Positions 54,784 to 60,840 of a stretch of 60,840 nt of DNA are shown here, piece after piece. Origin of the DNA: Candidatus Limnocylindrales bacterium (GTDB lineage: Bacteria > Chloroflexota > Limnocylindria > Limnocylindrales > CSP1-4). The translations under genes were made by a program, and so were the position numbers. The stretch is taken from positions 1 to 60,840 of the forward strand of contig DASSPG010000218.1 in NCBI GenBank assembly GCA_035699725.1, given 5' to 3'. The notes under the pieces were generated by a model. It saw only the letters and a program-made list of their open reading frames with translations, had not been told where the DNA came from and did no database searches. Every line of letters begins with the position of its first letter. Position 1 is the stretch's first letter.

Positions 54784-56670
54784 TCAGCTCAGCGAGAGGC
54801 GGACGAACGCGTCGACGTCGACCCGCGGGTGGCCGGCCGTGCCGACCACCACGACCTTGAGCGTGTGGGATGCGTTGACCCGCCAGTTCCGGGCGAAGAC
54901 GATCGCGCGCGACTGGCCGGTGGACGCCGCGAGGTTGACCGTCGCGGCGTGGACGCCGTCCACGTACACGCGCGCCTGACCGCGCCCCGGGCCACGCGCC
55001 GCGACCCAGGCGACGCTCGAGCCCGTGAACCGATAGGTGGCCGAGGCCCCTGATGCCGTGGCGTAGCGGAGGCTGCCGCCTGAGGCCGAGGACGCGCTGA
55101 CCGTGCGCCACGTCCCGCTGTACGTGATCGACGTTGCCGACTGCTGGATGAGCGTCGTCCGGACGGTCGGGCCGGGCTGCCAGGCGCTGGTGTTCGCGAG
55201 GCGATCCGTGGCGCGCGACCGCTGCTGGCTGGCGGTGCCGATCGCCAGCGTCTGCGCCGAGGAGGTCGCGGTGGGGCTGGCGAGCTGCACGCCTGACCAG
55301 GGGCCCCCGTTCAGGCTCCGCTGGAGCGCCCCGGAGGTCACGCCACTCGGGTCGCTCGCCGTCCAGGTGACCTTGACCGGGACGCCGGCGGCACCGAGGA
55401 CGGACGTGGACTGGATGGCGGTGAAGGGGGCGGTGACGGCCGGCGCGATGCCGTCGACGACCACGAGGTCGACCGCGAGGGTCGAGGTGATGCCGCTCGC
55501 CGTTCCTGTCACGGTGAGCGGGTGGATCCCGAGCGCGGCGGCGGTCGGCTCCTCGGGGGCGGTGATGGTCAGTGACGCGCCGGCTGCGGGCGTCGGGTTG
55601 TCACCGAACGTCGCGCTGAACCCGTCGGGCAGGCCGCTGACCTCGAGGGTGACCGGGTCGCTGAAGTTGGTGCGCCGGATGGGGATCGACGAGGTCGAGG
55701 CCGCGCCCTGCTTCACCGTGTGACTGATCGGCGTGGGTCCGAGCTGGAAGATCGAGTAGGCCTGGGTCCGCAGGTCCAGGCCATTGAACCGGTCGAGATC
55801 CACGTCGCCGGCGATGCCAGGCACGCTGCCGGTGCTCGAGTACTGCCAGAACGTCCAGCCGTTCCCGCCCCAATTCGAGGCGGGCACGGTCGGGCTCGCG
55901 TTCGTGGTCCAGTGGGCGACCCACAGCGTCCGGTACCCGGCATCGGCGAGGGCCTGGGTGTTGCCCATCGAGGTCGACCAGAACGACGGGCTCGTGTAGA
56001 TCATCGGGCGGGCGCCGATCCGCGCCGTCACGCGATCGAGGAACGCGATGACCCAGGCAGTGAGAGCCGACGGTGTCAGGCCGCCGTTCGTCTCGATGTC
56101 GAGGGCCGGGTTGAGGTCGCCACTGCCCAGGTTCATGACGTCGGCGAAATGGTCGGCTTCGCGGACGGCGTCGCCGGGAGTCGGGTCGGGGCGGGCGAAG
56201 TGGTATGCACCGGTCCACAGGCCGTTCGCCTTGGCCGCCGCGTGGTTCGTGGCGTAGGTCGGGTCGACGAACAGGCCGGTGCCGTTCGTGGCGGGCTTGC
56301 CGTCGGTTGCCTTGAGGATCGCGAAGGCCTTGCCGGCAGCGGCCACCGCTGCCCAGTCGATCGCGCCCTGCCACTGGCTGACGTCGATCCCCTCGAGGAC
56401 CGCCGTCGCGGCATCGAACCGGGCCGCATCGGCCGGGCCGCCGCCCGGGCGGGATGCAGCGGCCGCGGCCGGGCCGACCGACGCGAGCGCAACGAGGAGG
56501 CCGAGGCCCAGGGCCAGGACCGGCCGGGCGGCTCCGCGGCGGACACCGGCTCGGCGGGAACCTGGGGCGGCGCGGGACGTGGCCGTGGTGACCGACACGA
56601 TGAGAACGGGCTCCGGGTGACGGACGGAGGGGACCCCCCAACGATGCCCTGCTTCCGGCGTCGGAACCAT
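54784..56670 (-). CDS. secreted GH25 muramidase (lysozyme) with a long C-terminal Ig-like / carbohydrate-binding-like extension
   Basis: Signal-like ARPVLALGLGLLVALASVGPAAAAA. GH25 core: GIDVSQWQGAIDW, AFAILKATDG and WTGAYHFARP. About 330 further residues are rich in T/S/A/G beta-strand repeats. The start is uncertain (ATG 56670 or GTG 56598). Confidence 0.82.
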   Translation of the reverse strand: MVPTPEAGHRWGVPSVRHPEPVLIVSVTTATSRAAPGSRRAGVRRGAARPVLALGLGLLVALASVGPAAAAASRPGGGPADAARFDAATAVLEGIDVSQWQGAIDWAAVAAAGKAFAILKATDGKPATNGTGLFVDPTYATNHAAAKANGLWTGAYHFARPDPTPGDAVREADHFADVMNLGSGDLNPALDIETNGGLTPSALTAWVIAFLDRVTARIGARPMIYTSPSFWSTSMGNTQALADAGYRTLWVAHWTTNASPTVPASNWGGNGWTFWQYSSTGSVPGIAGDVDLDRFNGLDLRTQAYSIFQLGPTPISHTVKQGAASTSSIPIRRTNFSDPVTLEVSGLPDGFSATFGDNPTPAAGASLTITAPEEPTAAALGIHPLTVTGTASGITSTLAVDLVVVDGIAPAVTAPFTAIQSTSVLGAAGVPVKVTWTASDPSGVTSGALQRSLNGGPWSGVQLASPTATSSAQTLAIGTASQQRSRATDRLANTSAWQPGPTVRTTLIQQSATSITYSGTWRTVSASSASGGSLRYATASGASATYRFTGSSVAWVAARGPGRGQARVYVDGVHAATVNLAASTGQSRAIVFARNWRVNASHTLKVVVVGTAGHPRVDVDAFVRLSLS

Positions 56671-56756
56671 AGGCCGAAGGGACGGTCATTGTGGACCCGG
56701 CGGCGGTACGTTCGGACGGCACATCCGCTGCCGATGCGGGAGGCGGGGACGGTACG

Positions 56757-58019
56757 ATGCGGAATGTGGACGCCCCCGATCGGTCCGCCGAGTCGCTCGC
56801 GCGCGCCGCCCGATCCGAGGCATCGTCCCGGCTCATCATCGAGATCGCCGCGGCCGCCTCCGGCGAGCTGAGCCTCGACCAGATCCTCCACGCCGCCCTC
56901 GACCGGCTGCGGACCGTGATCCGGCTGACCGGCGGGTCGATCGCCCTGGTCGACGGCGACCAGCTGATCGTTCGCGCGGCGATCGGCCCGTTCGCCGAGG
57001 AAGCGCTCGGCCAGCGCCTCGGGCGAGGGCCCAGCCGGAGCTGGGGCGTGGTCGACCGCCTCGAGCCGTACCTGACCGGCGACCTGTTCCGGGAGGGCGA
57101 CCGGATCGTCGGCAAGGCCGCCTCCGACGCCGTCCGCTCGTGGCTCGCGGTCCCGATCATCCGGCACGGCGCCGGGATCGGCCTCGTGGAGGTGGACTCC
57201 ACGGAGATCGATGCGTTCGGCGCGGGCGACCTGGAGCTGCTCGAGGTGGTCGTCCGTGTCCTCGCCGGGCCCGTCGAGCTGGCCGCCCACCATGCGGAGG
57301 AGCAGCGCGTCGGCGCGCTGCGCGAGGCGTTCATCGGCGTGATCAGCCACGAGCTTCGGACCCCGATCACGACGATCTACGGCCTCGCCCGGGTCCTGCG
57401 CCAGCGGGCAGACACGATCCCGAGGGAGACGCTCCACCAGTCGATCCGTGACATCGAGGAGGAGTCCGACCGGCTGTATCGGCTGGTCGAGGACCTGCTC
57501 GTGCTGTCGCGGGCCGAGGGCGGGCGGGTCGAGATCGACGTGGAGCCGGTCAACCTCGGCCGGCTCGTCCGGCGGATCGTGGATGGCGAGGCGCAGCGCC
57601 GACCGGAGCGCGCGCTCGTGATCGAGGTGGACGACGGGCTGCCCCTCACGGAGGCGGAGCCGACGTACGTCGAGCAGGTTGTCCGCAACCTCATCGCGAA
57701 CGCGGCCAAGTACAGCCAGCCGCCCGCCCCGATCGAGGTCGCCGTCGGGCTCGATGGCGACGCGATCACGGTCCGCATCCTCGATCGCGGGATCGGCGTG
57801 GACGAGGAGACGAGCCAGCGCGCGTTCGAGCTGTTCTATCGGACGCGTGCTGCGACCCGGTTCGCGGCCGGCGCCGGGATCGGGCTGTTCGTGTGCCGCC
57901 AGCTCGTGGAGGCAATGGGCGGCGAGGTGTGGATGCGCCCGCGCGACGGCGGCGGCACGGAGGCCGGCTTCCGCCTGCCGATCGTCGAGGTCGAGGACGA
58001 GCTGATCGCCGGCGACTGA
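56757..58019 (+). CDS. cytoplasmic GAF-domain sensor histidine kinase (no adjacent cognate regulator)
   Basis: The GAF-like region is LDQILHAALDRLRTVIRLTGGSIALVDGDQL. H-box SHELRTPITTIYG, N-box VVRNLIANAAKYS, G-box GAGIGLFVCRQLV. There are no TM helices. ATG at 56757 was chosen. Confidence 0.88.
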   Translation: MRNVDAPDRSAESLARAARSEASSRLIIEIAAAASGELSLDQILHAALDRLRTVIRLTGGSIALVDGDQLIVRAAIGPFAEEALGQRLGRGPSRSWGVVDRLEPYLTGDLFREGDRIVGKAASDAVRSWLAVPIIRHGAGIGLVEVDSTEIDAFGAGDLELLEVVVRVLAGPVELAAHHAEEQRVGALREAFIGVISHELRTPITTIYGLARVLRQRADTIPRETLHQSIRDIEEESDRLYRLVEDLLVLSRAEGGRVEIDVEPVNLGRLVRRIVDGEAQRRPERALVIEVDDGLPLTEAEPTYVEQVVRNLIANAAKYSQPPAPIEVAVGLDGDAITVRILDRGIGVDEETSQRAFELFYRTRAATRFAAGAGIGLFVCRQLVEAMGGEVWMRPRDGGGTEAGFRLPIVEVEDELIAGD

Positions 58020-58078
58020 GGGCCGGCGCGTCACCGCGCCGTCATCGCACCACCGCCCACGGGGCGTAGGATCAAGCC

Positions 58079-58744
58079 ATGCAGTTCCTCTTCCGCTCCC
58101 CGTCCATGCCCACCCCCGCCGACGCCCTCCCCGGCCGGGACGCTCCGCTCCCCCTGACGAATCGCCACTTCGTCAACGGTGCCTCGCTCACGGGACCGTG
58201 GCCGGACGGCACCCGCACCGCGATCTTCGCGATGGGCTGCTTCTGGGGCGCCGAGAAGGACTTCTGGCAGACCCCCGGCGTCGTGAGCACCGCGGTCGGC
58301 TATGCGGGCGGCTACACCCCCAACGCCGACTACCGCGAGGTCTGCTCCGGCAGGACCGGCCACGCCGAGGTGGTTCTCGTCGCCTACGACCCCGACAGGA
58401 TCTCGTATGCGCAGCTCCTGAAGATCTTCTGGGAGCACCACGACCCGACCCAGGGCATGCGCCAGGGCAACGACATGGGCACCCAGTACCGCTCGGCGAT
58501 CTTCACGACCGATGCCGAGCAGCAGGCCGCCGCCGAGGCGTCGCGCGATGCCTACCAGGAGCGCCTGACCGCCGCCGGCTACGGCGAGATCACGACCGAG
58601 ATCGGACCGGCGCCGGCGTTCTACTACGCCGAGGACGACCACCAGCAGTACCTCGCCAAGAACCCCGGCGGCTACTGCCCGAACCACGCGACCGGCGTGA
58701 AGCTGCCGGACGTGGTGGTCACGCCGCTCCAGTACGTGGACTGA
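58079..58744 (+). CDS. msrA: peptide-methionine (S)-S-oxide reductase
   Basis: [25 protein letters not shown] (catalytic Cys), [26 protein letters not shown] and YHQQYL-type [15 protein letters not shown]. Confidence 0.95.
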   Translation: MQFLFRSPSMPTPADALPGRDAPLPLTNRHFVNGASLTGPWPDGTRTAIFAMGCFWGAEKDFWQTPGVVSTAVGYAGGYTPNADYREVCSGRTGHAEVVLVAYDPDRISYAQLLKIFWEHHDPTQGMRQGNDMGTQYRSAIFTTDAEQQAAAEASRDAYQERLTAAGYGEITTEIGPAPAFYYAEDDHQQYLAKNPGGYCPNHATGVKLPDVVVTPLQYVD

Positions 58745-59003
58745 ACTCCTGCCTTGTCGGAGACGGTGGAGTTCGACTCTGACCCCAAGCCGACATTCCT
58801 GAGTTGTACGGCGGCTGGGATCGGAGCGTGACCGGACCACGACTCCACATCACGGATTGCAGTTGCGTCCGCCCTGCCGGTTGGGGCCCGACGGCCTGCC
58901 ACGCCCATGCCGTTCGTCCCTCGCCATTGGTTCCGGTCACGCTCACCCTATCGCGATCGCGGGCGATCCCGACCGCGAACCGGCATCGCACGGGAGGTGC
59001 GAG

Positions 59004-59408
59004 ATGACGCGCGTACTCGTCGTTCATCACGATCTGGATCTCGCCGGTCAGGAGACCGACTCGCTGCGGCGTCTCGGCTACCAGGTGACCGAATGCAGCG
59101 GACCGTCGCGCAATGTCTGCCCCGTCCTGGCCGGACGGACGTGCGACCTGGCCGACGCCGCCGACGTCCTCGTCTACGACGTCTGGGCGAGCGGCGACAG
59201 CGACGGGTCCCGGGCCCTGATCGAGAACATCCGCGACCTCCATCCCGACACGCCGGTCGTCCTGACGACGCCCGGTCTCGCGCTCAGCTGGGAGGAATCG
59301 TCCGGTCGACACGGCGTGACGATGCTCAGCGGCCAGCCGACCGGAGCCCGCCTCCACGAGGCGATCCAGGAGGCCCTGGCGAGCTCGGCCGCCGCCGCCG
59401 AGGCCTGA
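59004..59408 (+). CDS. receiver-like single-domain protein with a degenerate acidic pocket and a three-Cys insert
   Basis: GGGAGG lies upstream and GC3 is high. MTRVLVVHHDLD, DVLVYDVWASGDSDG and PVVLTTPG follow the beta1/beta3/beta4 layout of CheY-like receivers. The DD pair is HHD and no conserved Lys is evident. Cys31, Cys39 and Cys47 are present. Confidence 0.55.
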   Translation: MTRVLVVHHDLDLAGQETDSLRRLGYQVTECSGPSRNVCPVLAGRTCDLADAADVLVYDVWASGDSDGSRALIENIRDLHPDTPVVLTTPGLALSWEESSGRHGVTMLSGQPTGARLHEAIQEALASSAAAAEA

Positions 59409-59465
59409 ACCGGGGCCTGGGCCTGGACGGGCCCGATCTCGGCCGGGCGAGCCCAGACGGCATTG

Positions 59466-59552
59466 TGACCAGGTCGTCGGGTCAAGGTAGCGATCGAACA
59501 CCGCCTCCGGCCGCACGTCTGCGTCGCGTTCCGTCTTGATCGTCCAGCTCAT
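59466..59552 (-). pseudogene. possible N-terminal remnant of an SRPBCC-family gene
   Basis: MSWTIKTERDADVRPEAVFDRYLDPTTWS matches the SRPBCC N-terminal pattern, with good GC3 over about 29 codons. The frame then loses codon bias and runs antisense into the receiver-like gene. Confidence 0.3.
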
Positions 59553-59713
59553 CGCGAGATGACCCTCGTACGGCGATCGATCGCAACACGATATCGACGT
59601 GGTTGAGGTATGACCCTGACCTGTGCCTTCGATCCGATCCGGCAGATCGGGACAGGCCGACGACAGCCCGCTCCTGCTCAAGCTGCAGGGCAGCCGAACA
59701 GCGAGGTGACTCC

Positions 59714-60313
59714 ATGACCGACCCGATCGCGGACATCATCGGTGACTACCGGGCGTTCACGGCCCAACAGCGCGACCGCCTGCTGGCGCGCGGCATCGAC
59801 ATCGCGCCGTACGCGCTGAGCCACCTGGCGGTCCGCGTCCCGGAGTGGGACCAGTACGTCCACGTCCGGACGCTCCTCGAGCGCCACGCGGTCGCCAATC
59901 GCGAGAACGTCTGGAACGGACGGCCGATCTCCCTGATCATCCCCGCTCAGCCGCTCGAGGTCCTCGATGGCAAGGTCGTCCCCCTGATCGAGCTCATCCC
60001 GCCGGTCCACCAGCGCGTGTACAGGATGGGGTTGGAGCACCTCGGCGTCGTGGTCGGCGCCGACGCGTTCGACGCGTTCGTCGAGACCCACATGCCCGTC
60101 CTGACGGGACAGCAGTTCCAGGGCCCGACCAGCACGCCCGACCCGGTCTACATCCTGTTCGAGGACTTCACCCACGTGAAGTTCTACCGGCTCTCGCTCC
60201 AGGCATCGGTCGAGCTCTTCGAGGGCCCGATCAAGGCCGGCTTCCGGCACGTCGACGGCTGGGAGCCGCAGCGGCTCGTGACCGCGACCGGCCCGAACCC
60301 GCTGCCGCGCTGA
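59714..60313 (+). CDS. VOC-superfamily protein, YecM-like
   Basis: LSHLAVRVPEWDQY, NGRPISLI and GLEHLGVVVG parallel the E. coli YecM layout as I recall it. ATG at 59714 was chosen. Confidence 0.55.
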   Translation: MTDPIADIIGDYRAFTAQQRDRLLARGIDIAPYALSHLAVRVPEWDQYVHVRTLLERHAVANRENVWNGRPISLIIPAQPLEVLDGKVVPLIELIPPVHQRVYRMGLEHLGVVVGADAFDAFVETHMPVLTGQQFQGPTSTPDPVYILFEDFTHVKFYRLSLQASVELFEGPIKAGFRHVDGWEPQRLVTATGPNPLPR

Positions 60314-60356
60314 CGAGCACCGCACGCTCCGGAGGCGCTCGGCGATACTTGGCTCG

Positions 60357-60785
60357 ATGAAGCTGTACCTCGCCGGGCCGCTCTTCACGTCGGCCGAGCA
60401 GCGTTGGAACGCGGAGCTCACGGCCTCCCTCCGCGACGCGGGCCACGAGGTCTTCCTGCCGCAGGAGCAGGAGCCGGGCAAGGATTCCGCCGGCATCTTC
60501 GCCGTCGACGTGGGCGGCATCGACTGGGCCGACGCCCTTGTCGCGATCATGGATGGTCCCGACCCGGACTCCGGCACGGCCTGGGAGGTCGGCTACGCCT
60601 ACGGCAAGAAGCCGGTCGTCCTCGTCCGCACCGACTTCCGCGTCCAGGCCGGCCGCAGCGGCCCCTATAACCCGATGCTCACGCAGGCCGCTACGATCCA
60701 GCTGGACCTGCCCCTCGCGCCGATGGCCCGCGTGGTCGCCAAGGTCCTCGACGCCCTCGCGCGCCTGGAGGCCACGGGGGGCTGA
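60357..60785 (+). CDS. nucleoside 2-deoxyribosyltransferase family protein
   Basis: MKLYLAGPLFTSAEQRWN N-terminus, DSGTAWEVGYAYGKKPVV (catalytic Glu context), about 142 aa. Confidence 0.78.
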   Translation: MKLYLAGPLFTSAEQRWNAELTASLRDAGHEVFLPQEQEPGKDSAGIFAVDVGGIDWADALVAIMDGPDPDSGTAWEVGYAYGKKPVVLVRTDFRVQAGRSGPYNPMLTQAATIQLDLPLAPMARVVAKVLDALARLEATGG

Positions 60786-60840
60786 CCCCGATCCCCGCTA
60801 CCGCATGAGGCCGAGCTCGAACAGGAGCGCACCGGGATGG

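Noticed and set aside
56620-56639. ACGGACGGAGGGGACCCCCC, reminiscent of the ACGGAGG/GGGGACCC cores of the ydaO (c-di-AMP) riboswitch that often precedes cell-wall hydrolase genes.
   Set aside because: It is on the wrong strand for the GH25 gene and partly inside its possible coding region. I could not find the second pseudo-symmetric half or the conserved 3' CCGACAGCUAA-like element. A covariance-model scan would settle it.
58766-58784. tRNA T-arm-like string GGTGGAGTTCGACTCTGACC after msrA (possible tRNA fragment or att site).
   Set aside because: The flanking bases do not pair into a T stem (CTCTG versus the required CTCCA). No acceptor or anticodon arm can be built. This is probably chance resemblance.
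60800-60840. 3' end of a minus-strand gene at the window edge (...HPGALLFELGLMR-stop).
   Set aside because: Only about 13 codons are visible, too little to call a feature or product.

Overview
This is a high-GC (roughly 70% by eye), densely coding chromosomal segment of actinobacterial type. I support about 58 protein genes, one tRNA-Gln(CUG), two probable gene remnants and one in-frame tandem repeat. I found no transposase, integrase or phage genes, no CRISPR array and no rRNA.

Gene blocks:
1. 1-7.6 kb: a truncated LAL-type LuxR regulator, two small genes, tRNA-Gln, an SRPBCC protein, three membrane-only genes and a second LuxR regulator.
2. 7.8-16.4 kb: a same-strand array of a SHOCT protein, an OmpR-type response regulator and histidine kinase, two FtsX/MacB-type permeases, an ABC ATPase with a C-terminal YHS/TRASH metal domain, an azurin-type blue-copper lipoprotein, a one-TM protein with cupredoxin-like domains on both sides of the membrane, CcdA and an lgt remnant. 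I consider this the best candidate for an undescribed system, probably extracytoplasmic copper handling without any canonical Cop/Cso parts.
3. 16.5-22.6 kb: phosphoketolase and acetate kinase, a CBS+BON protein, a lipoprotein NodB deacetylase with a 12-nt periodic repeat, and a small GlsB-like membrane protein.
4. 22.9-33.5 kb: a seven-gene, translationally coupled amine or imino-acid catabolic operon (three FAD oxidoreductases, hydantoin-racemase-like, M29-like, class-III aminotransferase, ALDH) divergent from a GAF-PucR regulator.
5. 33.5-43.5 kb: an APC permease, metallophosphoesterase and nucleotidyltransferase operon, then dimethylglycine-dehydrogenase-like enzyme, EtfB, EtfA and an EtfD-like membrane Fe-S reductase.
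6. 43.6-52.0 kb: hemerythrin, two HemG-like flavodoxin paralogs, then a group-3b-like [NiFe]-hydrogenase operon. It opens with a stand-alone cNMP-binding protein and has fused beta/gamma diaphorase subunits, plus the endopeptidase and HypC.
7. 52-60.8 kb: a BBE-type FAD oxidase, cupin, DUF1905/YdeI, a GH25 muramidase with a long C-terminal extension, an orphan GAF histidine kinase, MsrA, a Cys-bearing degenerate receiver, a YecM-like protein and a nucleoside 2-deoxyribosyltransferase.

Limits: all functional calls rest on motif and architecture recognition in the supplied translations, and no database search was run. Start codons were re-picked by hand where the ORF track over-extends. Many long ORFs in the track are antisense shadows typical of high-GC DNA.
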